64,000 nucleotides of DNA from an uncultured Actinomycetota bacterium (GTDB lineage: Bacteria > Actinomycetota > Actinomycetes > Propionibacteriales > Nocardioidaceae): the NCBI GenBank assembly GCA_963698315.1, contig CAVOQH010000002.1, forward strand, positions 837,711 to 901,710, in the 5' to 3' direction. How positions within the stretch are numbered: the first letter of the stretch is position 1; each line of letters starts with the position of its first letter. A program made the translations under genes and the position numbers. The notes under the pieces are model-generated. The model saw nothing but the letters and a program-made list of their open reading frames with translations. It was not told where the DNA came from and ran no database searches. Positions 10,428-20,678 of the stretch are shown here, piece by piece.

Positions 10428-11709
10428 CGGTCTGCTCCCAGGGGTCGGTGTCGTGGCCGCCGGCGGGGCCGGCGGTGCTGTCGTCGGTGGGGTCGAGGGC
10501 GGTCTTCTGCACCACCACGCCGAGACGCCCGGCGGCCACCCGCACCAGCAGCCGGTCGTCGACGGAGGTCTGCTCGGGCGAGGTGACGACGTGACCGTCG
10601 GCGTCCTGCACGACGGCGTAGCCGCGCCGCAGCGTCGCGAGCGGCGAGAGCCCCCGCACCCGGGCGAGCCGGTGACCGAGGTCGTCGTGGGCCCGGTCGA
10701 GCTGGTGGCGCAGGGAGCGACGCGCGCGGTCGCGCAGCAGGTCGACCTCGGCGATCCGGTCGTCGAGCCCGCTGCCGGGATCGGCGAGGGCCGGCCGCTC
10801 CCGCACCGCCTGCAGCCGGTGCAGCTCGCGGTCGATCCAGGTGGCGAGCGCGGACCGGACCCTGGTCCGGGCGTGACCGATGCGCTCGATCTCCTCCGCC
10901 ACGTCGGGCACCACGGTCTTGGCGGCGTCGGTCGGGGTCGCGGCCCGGCGGTCGGCCACCAGGTCGAGCAGCGGGCTGTCCGGCTCGTGGCCGATGGCGG
11001 AGACGACGGGCGTGCGGGCGGCGAAGACGGCGCGCAGCAGCCCCTCGTCGGAGAACGGGAGCAGGTCCTCCACCGAACCGCCCCCGCGGGCGATCACGAT
11101 CACGTCGACCTGCTCGTCGCGGTCGAGCCGGCCGACCGCGGCGATCACCTCGGCCGCGGCCTGGGTGCCCTGCACGGCGGTGTGCACGACGCGGAACTCC
11201 ACGGCCGGCCAGCGGCGCCGCGCCACCTCCAGCACGTCGCGCTCGGCGGCCGAGCCGCCTCCGGTGACGAGGCCGACGCAGCGGGGCAGGAAGGGGAGGG
11301 GGCGCTTGCGCTCCTGCGCGAAGAGGCCCTCGGCGGCGAGGAGCTGGCGGCGTCGCTCGATCCGGGCGAGCAGCTCACCCAGGCCGACCATGCGGATGTC
11401 GTCGGCGCGCAGCGACAGCGTGCCGCGGTTGGCGTAGTAGGACGGCTTGGCGTGGACGACGACGCTCGCGCCCTCGACGACCGGCGGGTTGAGCGAGTCG
11501 AAGAGCTGCCGGGAGCAGGTCACCGACACCGACACGTCGGCCACGGCGTCGCGCAGGGTGAGGAAGACGGTGTTCATGCCCTGGCGGCGGCTGAGCTGGG
11601 CGACCTGGCCCTCGACCCAGACCACACCGAGGCGGTCGACCCAGCCGGCGATGGCGTTGGCGATCTGGCGGACCGGGGCGGGGTGCTCCGGGGAGGTGTC
11701 GAGCCCCAT
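10417..11709 (-). CDS. xseA: Exodeoxyribonuclease VII large subunit
   Basis: [43 protein letters not shown]. Confidence 0.95.
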   Translation of the reverse strand: MGLDTSPEHPAPVRQIANAIAGWVDRLGVVWVEGQVAQLSRRQGMNTVFLTLRDAVADVSVSVTCSRQLFDSLNPPVVEGASVVVHAKPSYYANRGTLSLRADDIRMVGLGELLARIERRRQLLAAEGLFAQERKRPLPFLPRCVGLVTGGGSAAERDVLEVARRRWPAVEFRVVHTAVQGTQAAAEVIAAVGRLDRDEQVDVIVIARGGGSVEDLLPFSDEGLLRAVFAARTPVVSAIGHEPDSPLLDLVADRRAATPTDAAKTVVPDVAEEIERIGHARTRVRSALATWIDRELHRLQAVRERPALADPGSGLDDRIAEVDLLRDRARRSLRHQLDRAHDDLGHRLARVRGLSPLATLRRGYAVVQDADGHVVTSPEQTSVDDRLLVRVAAGRLGVVVQKTALDPTDDSTAGPAGGHDTDPWEQTDDE

Positions 11710-11799
11710 CGCGCGCGCTCCTTCCGCTCGTCGTACGCCGCGCCGGTGCAGGGCGCACCGCGACCAGCACCCTACGGCCCACCACCTACGATGGCTTCC

Positions 11800-12810
11800 A
11801 TGAGCACGTCTGACCTCGGGATGCCCCCCGTCCTCGACCCCGCCGACGCGGAGTCGTCGGTGCTGCTCGCCGCGCCGCGCGGCTACTGCGCCGGCGTCGA
11901 CCGGGCGGTGATCACGGTGGAGAAGGCGCTCGACCTCTACGGCGCCCCGGTCTACGTGCGCAAGCAGATCGTGCACAACAAGCACGTGGTGGCCAACCTC
12001 GAGTCCCGCGGCGCGGTCTTCGTGGAGGAGGTCGCCGAGGTGCCCGAGGGCGCGACGGTGGTGTTCTCCGCCCACGGCGTCTCGCCCGAGGTGCACCGCC
12101 AGGCCGAGGAGCGTTCGCTCAAGACCATCGACGCCACCTGCCCGCTGGTCACCAAGGTGCACCACGAGGCCCGCCGGTTCGCCAGCGAGGACTACGACAT
12201 CCTGCTGATCGGCCACGAGGGCCACGAGGAGGTCGAGGGCACCGCCGGTGAGGCGCCCGAGCACATCCAGCTGGTGCAGACCCCCGACGACGTCGCCTCG
12301 ATCGAGGTGCGCGACCCCGCCAAGGTCTCGTGGCTGTCGCAGACCACGCTCTCGGTCGACGAGACGATGACGATCGTGGACGCGATCCGCGCCCGCTTCC
12401 CGCTGCTGCTCGACCCGCCGTCGGACGACATCTGCTACGCGACCCAGAACCGCCAGATGGCGATCAAGGAGATCTCGCGCTCCGCGGACCTCGTGATCGT
12501 GGTCGGGTCCGGCAACTCCTCCAACTCGGTGCGGCTCGTCGAGGTCGCGCTGGAGGCCGGTGCCAAGGCGGCCTACCGCGTCGACGACGCCTCCGAGATC
12601 GAGGAGGCCTGGCTCGAGGACGTGCAGTCGGTCAGCGTGACCTCCGGCGCCTCCGTGCCCGAGGACCTCGTCGACGGCGTGCTCGCCTTCCTGGCCGAGC
12701 GGGGCTACCCCGACGCCCAGGCGGTGCACTCCGCGGAGGAGTCGCTGATCTTCGCGCTGCCGCCGGAGCTGCGTCGCGACATCCGCGCCGCGGAGACCGC
12801 CGGCGCCTGA
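11800..12810 (+). CDS. ispH: 4-hydroxy-3-methylbut-2-enyl diphosphate reductase
   Basis: [33 protein letters not shown]; TACGAT-N7-ATG. Confidence 0.96.
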   Translation: MSTSDLGMPPVLDPADAESSVLLAAPRGYCAGVDRAVITVEKALDLYGAPVYVRKQIVHNKHVVANLESRGAVFVEEVAEVPEGATVVFSAHGVSPEVHRQAEERSLKTIDATCPLVTKVHHEARRFASEDYDILLIGHEGHEEVEGTAGEAPEHIQLVQTPDDVASIEVRDPAKVSWLSQTTLSVDETMTIVDAIRARFPLLLDPPSDDICYATQNRQMAIKEISRSADLVIVVGSGNSSNSVRLVEVALEAGAKAAYRVDDASEIEEAWLEDVQSVSVTSGASVPEDLVDGVLAFLAERGYPDAQAVHSAEESLIFALPPELRRDIRAAETAGA

Positions 12811-12826
12811 CGGGTGACCGGACTCA

Positions 12827-12849
12827 CCGCCGCGGTGGCACCGCGGCGG
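12827..12849 (+). terminator. GC-rich hairpin after ispH
   Basis: CCGCCGCGGT-GGC-ACCGCGGCGG, perfect 10-bp stem. Confidence 0.55.
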
Positions 12850-12989
12850 CGCAAATACCCCTAGACTGGTCACAGCGGCCCCATCCGTTCTGCCTCGGGC
12901 CGTTTCCTCATCTCGTCATCCACCGAGCGCCGCGGGCACCGATTCCCGCGCCGGGCAGGACGACCACTCTCGATCACCGGAGCCATCCC

Positions 12990-14513
12990 ATGGCGGACCC
13001 CCGCCCCGCAACGCCTGCACCCACGTCCACCCCCGACTCCTTCGCCGACTTCGGGCTGCCGCCGGCGCTCGTCACCGTGCTGGCCGAGGCGGGCATCGAC
13101 TCGCCGTTCCCGATCCAGCGCGCGACGCTGCCCGACTCCCTGGCCGGACGCGACGTCCTCGGCCGCGGACGCACCGGCTCGGGCAAGACCTACGCCTTCG
13201 TGCTGCCGCTGCTCGCCCGCCTCGCCGCGAGCGGTCGCGGGTCCGGCTCGCGCACCCCGCGCGGCCTGATCCTCGCCCCGACGCGGGAGCTGGTCACCCA
13301 GATCGAGGCCTCGCTCGCGCCCCTCGCGAAGGTCCTCGGCCTCCGGTCGGTGACGATCTTCGGCGGCGTGAAGCCCGCCCGCCAGATCCAGGCGCTGCGC
13401 AACGGCGTCGACATCGTCATCGCCTGCCCTGGTCGCCTCGAGGACCACCTCCGGTCCGGCCACGCCGACCTCGGCAAGGTCGAGGTCACCGTCCTCGACG
13501 AGGCCGACCACATGGCCGACCTCGGCTTCCTGCCCGGGGTCAAGAGGATCCTGGACCGCACGCCCGGCAACGGTCAGCGCATGCTCTTCTCCGCCACCCT
13601 CGACGCCGGCGTCGACGTGCTGGTGAAGCGCTACCTGACCGACCCGGTGGTGCACAGCGTCGACTCCGACCGCTCACCGGTCGGCACGATGACCCACCAC
13701 GTGCTGCACGTCGACCCGACCGGTCGGCTCGAGGTCCTCACCGACCTGGCCGCAGCCCCGGGCCGCACCGTGATGTTCACCCGCACCAAGCGCGGCGCCA
13801 AGACGCTCGCCCGCCAGCTGTCCGCGCGCGGCGTCCCGGCGGTGGAGCTGCACGGCAACCTGTCCCAGGGCGCCCGCACCCGCAACCTCGAGGCGTTCTC
13901 GTCGGGCCGCGCCGCGACCCTGGTCGCCACCGACATCGCCGCCCGCGGCATCCACGTCGACGACGTGGGCCTGGTGGTGCACGCCGACCCGCCGGTCGAG
14001 CACAAGGCCTACCTGCACCGCTCGGGCCGCACCGCGCGGGCCGGCGCCTCCGGCACCGTCGTCACGGTGATGCTCGACGCGCAGGTCTCCGACGTCCGCG
14101 ACCTGACCCGCAAGGCGGGCATCAAGCCCACCATCACCCGCGTCGCGCCCGGCCACGCCCTGCTGCGCGACATCGCACCGGGTGAGCGCACCTTCGTCGA
14201 CGTCAAGGACCTGCCGACCGAGGCGGTCACCGAGGCTCGCGGCGGCGGTGGTGGCGGCCGTGGTCGCGGTCGCTCCGGCGGCTCCGGCGGCTCAGGCGGC
14301 TCAGGTGGCGGCAGGCGGGGCGGCTCGCGCGGCCGGTCCGGCGCGTCCGGCGGCGGCACGCAGCAGCGGCCCGCCGCGGGCACCAAGTCCGGCGGTGGCA
14401 AGGCCACCGGCCGGGGCGGCCGGTCGTCCGGCGCGTCCCAGCAGCGCACGTCGCCGGGTTCCGGGCGTGCGCACAGCGCCGCGTCGTTCTCCCAGGGGGC
14501 GCGCGGCCGCTGA
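12990..14513 (+). CDS. DEAD-box RNA helicase with Gly/Arg-rich tail
   Basis: Q motif PFPIQ, GSGKT, PTREL, DEAD, SAT, HRSGRTAR; RGG-rich C-terminus. Confidence 0.93.
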   Translation: MADPRPATPAPTSTPDSFADFGLPPALVTVLAEAGIDSPFPIQRATLPDSLAGRDVLGRGRTGSGKTYAFVLPLLARLAASGRGSGSRTPRGLILAPTRELVTQIEASLAPLAKVLGLRSVTIFGGVKPARQIQALRNGVDIVIACPGRLEDHLRSGHADLGKVEVTVLDEADHMADLGFLPGVKRILDRTPGNGQRMLFSATLDAGVDVLVKRYLTDPVVHSVDSDRSPVGTMTHHVLHVDPTGRLEVLTDLAAAPGRTVMFTRTKRGAKTLARQLSARGVPAVELHGNLSQGARTRNLEAFSSGRAATLVATDIAARGIHVDDVGLVVHADPPVEHKAYLHRSGRTARAGASGTVVTVMLDAQVSDVRDLTRKAGIKPTITRVAPGHALLRDIAPGERTFVDVKDLPTEAVTEARGGGGGGRGRGRSGGSGGSGGSGGGRRGGSRGRSGASGGGTQQRPAAGTKSGGGKATGRGGRSSGASQQRTSPGSGRAHSAASFSQGARGR

Positions 14514-14524
14514 CGGCCGCGCGG

Positions 14525-15019
14525 TCAGCGTGCGTGCTCGGCGGACTCCGCCGGCACCCGCTGACGCGGGACCCGGGTCGGGTGCGCCCCCGACCGGATC
14601 ACACCGGCGTTGCGGGCCGCCACCTGCCGCAGCGCCAGGATGCCCAGCGTGAGCGTGTAGCCGACCACGAGCGCGCCCGCGTGGTGCGCCAGGCCGGAGA
14701 CGGTCGCCTGGGCGACGCCGTCGCCCGCGTCGGCCACGGCCGAGCGCTCGAACGCCGCCAGGATCGCCACGATCACGAGCATCGAGAGCGGCGGCAGGAC
14801 ACCCACGACGAAGAAGTCGCGCGGTCGGACCGCGAGGGCGGCCCCGACGCAGACCACCACGAACGTGATGTCGAACAGGACGGTCAGCCGGTCGAACGCG
14901 ACCGTGTCGACCAGCGCGACGGCGAGCAGGATCGTCGCCGTGACGGTGCGGACCAGGCGACCGGAGTGGCGCCCTTCCTCCCAGAGGGTCCTCCTCGGGG
15001 CAGTGCGCGTGCTGCTCAC
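14525..15019 (-). CDS. DUF6542-like membrane protein
   Basis: Four hydrophobic segments, AVRPRDFFVVGVLPP; lies between ispH and rmuC. Confidence 0.7.
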   Translation of the reverse strand: MSSTRTAPRRTLWEEGRHSGRLVRTVTATILLAVALVDTVAFDRLTVLFDITFVVVCVGAALAVRPRDFFVVGVLPPLSMLVIVAILAAFERSAVADAGDGVAQATVSGLAHHAGALVVGYTLTLGILALRQVAARNAGVIRSGAHPTRVPRQRVPAESAEHAR

Positions 15020-15083
15020 GCTCACCACGGTAGGGCGGGGACGCCGCTGACCTGCGACGACGCGCCGAAGCGGCGACCGCGGC

Positions 15084-16238
15084 TCAGGCGGAGCGGCGGG
15101 CTCCCGGAGCGGGGTCCGCGCCGGGCTCGGACAGCCCGGGGAGGTCCGCACGCGGGTCGGCGACGGCGTCCATCAGCTCCGCGGAGCTGAGCTGCCGCGG
15201 GGCGTCGGTGACCGCCTCCGGGGTCGGCAGGTCGCCCGGCGCCACCTCGAGCTCGCCGAGCCGGCGTGCGGACACCAGCACCCGGGACTCCAGCGAGCCG
15301 ACCGCGCGGTTGTAGGCGCCGACCGCGGCGGTCAGGGAGCGGCCGAGCTTGTCGAGGTGCTCGCCCATCGTGCCGATCCGCTCGTGCAGCTCCCGGCCCA
15401 GCGCGTGGATCTCGCGCGCCTTGTCGGCGAGCGCCTCCTGGGTCCAGGCGTGCGCGACCGTGCGCAGCAGCGCGATCAGGGTGGTCGGCGTCGCCAGCAC
15501 GACCTGCCGGGTGGCGGCGTACTCCAGCAGCGCCGGGTCGGCCTCGAGCGCCGCGGAGAGGAACGACTCGCCGGGCACGAACAGCACCACGAACTCGGGG
15601 GTCGCCGGCAGCGCGCGCCAGTAGGTCTTGGCGCCCAGGACGTCGACGTGCTGGCGGAGCTGGCGGGCGTGCCGGCGCAGGTGCGCGAGCTGCTCCTCCT
15701 CGTCGTCGGCCGAGGTGGCGTCGAGGAAGGCGTCGAGCGGGACCTTGGCGTCGACCACCACCTGCTTGCCGCCGGCCAGGTGGACGACCAGGTCGGGCCG
15801 CAGAACAGCGCCGTCGTGACGCAGGGACACCTGCTCGTCGAAGTCGCAGCGGGCCACCAGGCCGGCCAGCTCGACGGCCCGGCGCAGGTGCAGCTCGCCC
15901 CAGCGACCGCGGACCTGGGGCCGGCGCAGGGCGGTGGCCAGGGAGGTCGTCTCGCGCCGCAGCGAGTCGGTGGAGTGCCGGACCTCGTCGACCTGCTGCT
16001 TGAGCTGGCTCTGCCACGAGACCCGGTGCTGCTCGAGGTCGCGCATCTGGTCGTGCAGCCGCTCCAGGCCCTCGCGGACGACCGCGTGGTCGGCGGCCCG
16101 CGACTCCAGGGCGCGCTGGGAGATCGCCGCCTCGTGACCGGTCGCGCGGCTGCGGGCCAGCAGCCAGCCGGCCGCGACGCCGAGGAGCACTCCGGTCAGC
16201 AGCACCACGAGCAGCGAGAGCGTCGTCGAGATGTCCAT
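15084..16238 (-). CDS. rmuC: DNA recombination protein RmuC
   Basis: N-terminal TM and coiled coil; RGRWGE, RPD...VVVDAKVP, PEFVVLFVPGE, TPTTLIALL. Confidence 0.94.
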   Translation of the reverse strand: MDISTTLSLLVVLLTGVLLGVAAGWLLARSRATGHEAAISQRALESRAADHAVVREGLERLHDQMRDLEQHRVSWQSQLKQQVDEVRHSTDSLRRETTSLATALRRPQVRGRWGELHLRRAVELAGLVARCDFDEQVSLRHDGAVLRPDLVVHLAGGKQVVVDAKVPLDAFLDATSADDEEEQLAHLRRHARQLRQHVDVLGAKTYWRALPATPEFVVLFVPGESFLSAALEADPALLEYAATRQVVLATPTTLIALLRTVAHAWTQEALADKAREIHALGRELHERIGTMGEHLDKLGRSLTAAVGAYNRAVGSLESRVLVSARRLGELEVAPGDLPTPEAVTDAPRQLSSAELMDAVADPRADLPGLSEPGADPAPGARRSA

Positions 16239-16295
16239 GCCCAGCAGGATGACGGACGCCGCCGACAGAGTGGGTCAGGCGAGGTCGTGCGGCCC

Positions 16296-16339
16296 GGTGG
16301 TTTCGAGACGCTCACTTCGTTCGCTCCTCAACCACCGAA
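16296..16339. repeat. Short REP-like intergenic element
   Basis: GGTGGTTTCGAG-ACGCTCACTTCGTTCGCTC-CTCAACCACC imperfect palindrome. Confidence 0.5.
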
Positions 16340-16342
16340 GGG

Positions 16343-17119
16343 TCAGGCGAGGTCGACGATCACCGGGGCGTGGTCGCTGGCGCCCTGGCCGGCGCGCTCG
16401 TCGCGGTCGATGCCGGCGCCGGTGACCCGCGCGGCGAGGGCGGGGGAGCCGAGCACGAAGTCGATGCGCATGCCGCGGTTCCGCTCGAAGCGCTGCCGGT
16501 AGTAGTCCCAGTAGGTGTAGACACCCGGTCCCGGCGTGTGCGGCCGCACCACGTCGACGTACCCGTCGTCGAGGAAGGCCTGGAAGGCGGCGCGCTCCGG
16601 CGGGGTGACGTGGGTGTCCTTGGCGAAGGCCGCCATGTCGTAGACGTCGTCGTCCTGCGGCGCGATGTTCCAGTCGCCGACGAGGGCGGTGTCGCCCTCG
16701 AGCCAGGACCCGGCCGCCTCACGCAGGCGGGCCAGCCAGTCGAGCTTGTAGACGTAGTGCGGGTCGTCGACCTTGCGGCCGTTGGGGACGTAGAGCGACC
16801 ACACCTGCACCCCGCCGCAGGTCGCGCCGAGCGCGCGGGCCTCGTCGGCGAGCGGCTCGCCCCACTGCGGCATCCCCGGGAAGCCGCGGCGTACGTCGGC
16901 CAGCCCGACGCGGGAGGCGATGGCCACCCCGTTCCACTGGTTGAAGCCGAGCGTGGCGACCTCGTAGCCCATCGCCTCGAGGCCCATCAGCGGCCACTGG
17001 TCGTCGCGGGCCTTGGTCTCCTGCAGGGCCAGCACGTCGACGTCGTGGCGCTGCACGAACGCCTCGACCCGGTCGATGCGGGAGCGGATGGAGTTGACGT
17101 TCCAGGTCGCGAGGCGCAC
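16343..17119 (-). CDS. xth: Exodeoxyribonuclease III
   Basis: ATWNVNSI, LQETK, WNGVA, YVPNG, GDWN, RIDF, SDHAPV. Confidence 0.95.
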   Translation of the reverse strand: MRLATWNVNSIRSRIDRVEAFVQRHDVDVLALQETKARDDQWPLMGLEAMGYEVATLGFNQWNGVAIASRVGLADVRRGFPGMPQWGEPLADEARALGATCGGVQVWSLYVPNGRKVDDPHYVYKLDWLARLREAAGSWLEGDTALVGDWNIAPQDDDVYDMAAFAKDTHVTPPERAAFQAFLDDGYVDVVRPHTPGPGVYTYWDYYRQRFERNRGMRIDFVLGSPALAARVTGAGIDRDERAGQGASDHAPVIVDLA

Positions 17120-17131
17120 CGGGTCAGCCTA

Positions 17132-17183
17132 GGTCTCGACAGGCTCGACCGCCCGAGGGGGCGGCTCGACCACCCGAGGGGGC
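17132..17183. repeat. REP-like palindrome plus 21-bp tandem duplication
   Basis: GGTCTCGACAGGCTCGACC; GGCTCGACC(G/A)CCCGAGGGGGC twice (17142-17162, 17163-17183). Confidence 0.6.
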
Positions 17184-17185
17184 GG

Positions 17186-17419
17186 TCAGACGCCGCCGCG
17201 GGCGTCGCGGACGCAGCGGGCGGCCATCCAGGCCTCGAAGCGGCCGCGCTGGCTGTCGGCGAACTGCCGGAACTCGGACTCGAAGGAGGCGACCTCGTCG
17301 CGCAGCGCGAACATCTGGAACTCGACCCGCCGGTCGGGGTTGCACGTGTGCCGCTCGCTGTCGGCGCGCTCGACCGAGTCGCCGCACGTGGGGCAGGGCA
17401 TGTATCGGGATGGGAACAC
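17186..17419 (-). CDS. Small hypothetical protein with CxxC-x11-HxC putative zinc finger
   Basis: MFPSRYMPCPTCGDSVERADSERHTC...; GGAGGT SD 5 nt before the GTG. Confidence 0.7.
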   Translation of the reverse strand: MFPSRYMPCPTCGDSVERADSERHTCNPDRRVEFQMFALRDEVASFESEFRQFADSQRGRFEAWMAARCVRDARGGV

Positions 17420-17535
17420 CGCGGACCTCCTGCCGTGGAGGTTGCCCGTCGGGTAAGGGCCCAAACACGCTATGGCCGGGCAGTCCGGACCCGCCGTAGG
17501 TTCGCAGGTGGGCAGGTGCCAGAGCGGAGGCTCCC

Positions 17536-17980
17536 ATGGCAGAAATCCTTTCCATCGCACGACGGTTCTACGACGGCTGGAACGAGCGCGCGTTCGACGA
17601 GCTGACCGAGCATGTGACCGACGACGCGGAGCTCGTCGTGGTCGGCACCGGGGACGTGTTCCGGGGCAAGGACGGCGTCGAAGGCGTACAACCAGAACTG
17701 GGCCGACGGCTTCCCGGACGGCCGCATCACGATCGACAACATGGTCGCCTCGGGCGACACGGTCGTGGTGGAGTTCACGGGCCGGGGCACCCACACCGGC
17801 ACGCTCGTGACGTCGATGGGCGACATCCCCGCCACCGGCAAGTCCGTCACGCTGAAGCTGTGCGACGTGCTGGAGTTCCGGGACGAGATGCTCGTCCGGC
17901 AGCGCAGCTACTTCGACAGCGGATCCATGATGGCCCAGCTCGGACTGACCTCCGGGCAGAAGGCCACCGCCACCTCCTGA
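17536..17980 (+). CDS. SnoaL/NTF2-like ester cyclase; apparent frameshift near 17681
   Basis: ARRFYDGWNERAFDEL in the 5' frame; GFPD...VVVEFTGRGTHTG...PATGKSV...RSYFD in the 3' frame; GGAGG SD. Confidence 0.82.
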
Positions 17981-18051
17981 CACCCACCGCAGGCGACGAC
18001 ACCGGCACCTGCTCCGTCGCCGTGGCGGCCATCGGGGACGATGGCAGCCTG

Positions 18052-20559
18052 ATGACCCTCACCGAGCTGCTCCCCCTGCCCGCGCGCGGCGTCCGCGGCG
18101 CCCAGGTCGACCCCGACGAGATCTACGACGTCTTCAGCGCCTGGACGGGGGAGCAGGGCATCACGCTCTACCCGGCGCAGGAGGAGGCGTTCCTCGAGAT
18201 CCTCACGGGCAGCAACGTGATCCTCTCCACGCCCACCGGGTCGGGGAAGAGCCTGGTGGCCATCGCCGCGCACGCCACCGCGCTGGCTCGCGGCGAGCGG
18301 ACCTACTACACCGCGCCGATCAAGGCCCTGGTCAGCGAGAAGTTCTTCGCGCTGTGCGACGTGTTCGGTCCCGAGAACGTCGGCATGCTCACCGGCGACG
18401 CGGCGGTCAACAAGGACGCCCCGGTGATCTGCTGCACCGCCGAGATCCTCGCCAACCAGGCGCTCCGCGAGGGGCCGGACGCCGACATCGGCCAGGTCGT
18501 GATGGACGAGTTCCACTTCTACGCCGAGCCCGACCGCGGCTGGGCGTGGCAGGTGCCGCTGCTCGAGCTGCCCCAGGTGCAGTTCGTGCTGATGTCGGCG
18601 ACGCTCGGCGACGTCGGGTTCTTCCGCGAGGACCTGACCCGGCGTACCGGACGGGAGACGGCCGTCGTCAGCTCGATGGAACGGCCGGTGCCGCTGAGCC
18701 ACGCCTGGGCCGAGACGCCGCTGCACGAGACCCTCGAGGAGCTGCTGACCACCCACCAGGCGCCGGTCTACGTCGTGCACTTCACCCAGGCCGCCGCCCT
18801 CGAGCGGGCCCAGGCGCTGACCTCGGTCAACGTCGCCACCCGGGAGGAGCGCGACCGGATCGCCGAGATGATCGGGTCGTTCCGGTTCGGCACCGGCTTC
18901 GGCAAGACGCTCTCGCGGCTGGTGAAGCACGGGATCGGCGTGCACCACGCCGGGATGCTGCCGAAGTACCGCCGGCTCGTCGAGACCCTCGCCCAGGCCG
19001 GCCTGCTCAAGGTCATCTGCGGCACCGACACGCTCGGGGTCGGCATCAACGTGCCGATCCGCACCGTGGTGCTGACCGGGCTGACGAAGTACGACGGCCG
19101 CCGCCAGCGGATCCTCAAGGCCCGCGAGTTCCACCAGATCGCCGGGCGTGCGGGCCGGGCCGGCTACGACACCGCCGGCACCGTGGTCGTGCAGGCGCCC
19201 GACCATGTGGTGGAGAACGCCCGGCTCGTGGCGAAGGCGGGCGACGACCCCAAGAAGCTGCGCAGGGTGCAGCGCAAGAAGGCCCCCGACGGCCAGGTGA
19301 CCTGGAGCGAGGCGACCTTCGAGCGGCTCGTGTCGGCCGAGCCCGAGGCGCTGGTCTCGCGGATGCGGGTCACCCACGCGATGCTGCTCAACGTGCTCGC
19401 CCGCGAGGGTGACGCGTTCGCGGCGATGCGGCACCTGCTCCGCGACAACCACGAGGACGGCCGCAGCCAGGTCCGGCTGGTGCGGCGCGCGGTGGCGCAG
19501 TACCGCAGCCTGCTGGCCGCCGGGGTGGTGCTGCAGACCGACGACGCCGACGGTGTGCGGTGCCGGCTGACCGAGGACCTGCAGGAGGGGTTCGCGCTCA
19601 ACCAGCCGCTCTCGACGTACGCCCTGGCCACCTTCGACACCCTCGACCCCGAGTCGCCGACGTACGCGCTCGACGTGGTCTCGGTGGTCGAGGCGACGCT
19701 CGAGGACCCACGACCGGTGCTGATGGCCCAGCAGTTCAAGGCCCGCGGTGAGGCGGTCGCGGAGATGAAGGCCGACGGCGTGGACTACGACGAGCGGATG
19801 GAGCTGCTCGACGAGGTCACCTGGCCCAAGCCGCTCGAGGAGCTGCTGCACGCGACCTACGAGATCTACGCGCGCACCCACCCCTGGATCGCCGAGACGC
19901 CACTGTCGCCGAAGACGGTGGTGCGGGACATGTACGAGCAGGCGATGACCTTCGCGGAGTACGTCGCCGCCTACGGCCTCACCCGCTCGGAGGGGCTGCT
20001 GCTGCGCTACCTCTCCGACGCCTACCGCGCGCTGCGGCAGACCGTGCCGGACAGCGCGCGCACCGACGAGCTCGACGACCTGGTGGCCTGGCTCGGCGCC
20101 GTGGTGCGGCAGACCGACTCCAGCCTGCTCGACGAGTGGGAGCGGCTCAGCGACCCCGACGCCGTGCCGGTCGAGCCCGACCCGCTGCGCCCGCCCGAGC
20201 CGGCCGCGATCACCGCCAACGAGCGGGCGTTCAAGGTGCTGGTGCGCAACGCGCTGTTCCGCCGGGTCGAGCTGGCCGCGCTGCGCCGGCTCGACGAGCT
20301 GGAGGAGATGGACGGCGACGTGTGGGCCGAGCCGCTCGCGGCGTACTTCGAGGAGCACGACCGGATCGGCACCGGGCCGGACTCCCGCGGCCCGGGGCTG
20401 TTCCTGGTCGAGGCGTCCGCCGACACCTGGGCCGTCCAGCAGGTCGTCGACGACCCCGAGGGCCACCACGACTGGCGGATCGCCGGCGAGGTCGACCTGC
20501 GCGCCTCCGACGAGGCCGGCGAGCTGGTGCTCCGCGACGTCCGCCTCCTCCAGCTGTAA
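18052..20559 (+). CDS. Ski2-like DExH helicase with DUF3516
   Basis: PTGSGKS, PIKALVSEK, DEFH, MSAT, VHHAG, QIAGRAGR. Confidence 0.9.
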   Translation: MTLTELLPLPARGVRGAQVDPDEIYDVFSAWTGEQGITLYPAQEEAFLEILTGSNVILSTPTGSGKSLVAIAAHATALARGERTYYTAPIKALVSEKFFALCDVFGPENVGMLTGDAAVNKDAPVICCTAEILANQALREGPDADIGQVVMDEFHFYAEPDRGWAWQVPLLELPQVQFVLMSATLGDVGFFREDLTRRTGRETAVVSSMERPVPLSHAWAETPLHETLEELLTTHQAPVYVVHFTQAAALERAQALTSVNVATREERDRIAEMIGSFRFGTGFGKTLSRLVKHGIGVHHAGMLPKYRRLVETLAQAGLLKVICGTDTLGVGINVPIRTVVLTGLTKYDGRRQRILKAREFHQIAGRAGRAGYDTAGTVVVQAPDHVVENARLVAKAGDDPKKLRRVQRKKAPDGQVTWSEATFERLVSAEPEALVSRMRVTHAMLLNVLAREGDAFAAMRHLLRDNHEDGRSQVRLVRRAVAQYRSLLAAGVVLQTDDADGVRCRLTEDLQEGFALNQPLSTYALATFDTLDPESPTYALDVVSVVEATLEDPRPVLMAQQFKARGEAVAEMKADGVDYDERMELLDEVTWPKPLEELLHATYEIYARTHPWIAETPLSPKTVVRDMYEQAMTFAEYVAAYGLTRSEGLLLRYLSDAYRALRQTVPDSARTDELDDLVAWLGAVVRQTDSSLLDEWERLSDPDAVPVEPDPLRPPEPAAITANERAFKVLVRNALFRRVELAALRRLDELEEMDGDVWAEPLAAYFEEHDRIGTGPDSRGPGLFLVEASADTWAVQQVVDDPEGHHDWRIAGEVDLRASDEAGELVLRDVRLLQL

Positions 20560-20678
20560 CGCGGGGTTATCGACCGAGGGGAACCGGTACGCCGCGCGAC
20601 AACGGTCCACACCCCCGCGCATGAGCCGCCGCCGTCCGATTGGGAGCGGGCCGCCGTACGCCCGTAGACTGCCCGCCC

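Noticed and set aside
14237-14513. Gly/Ser/Arg low-complexity repeats
   Set aside because: Ordinary disordered RGG tail of a DEAD-box helicase
17132-17183. Short direct repeats here and at 25519 and 29064 as a possible CRISPR array
   Set aside because: No unique spacers, few copies, mostly coding or REP-like; no cas genes
17536-20559. 1007-aa ORF suggesting a SnoaL-helicase fusion
   Set aside because: A one-base indel near 17681 shunts the SnoaL N-terminus into the helicase frame; SnoaL ends at 17980 and the helicase starts near 18052
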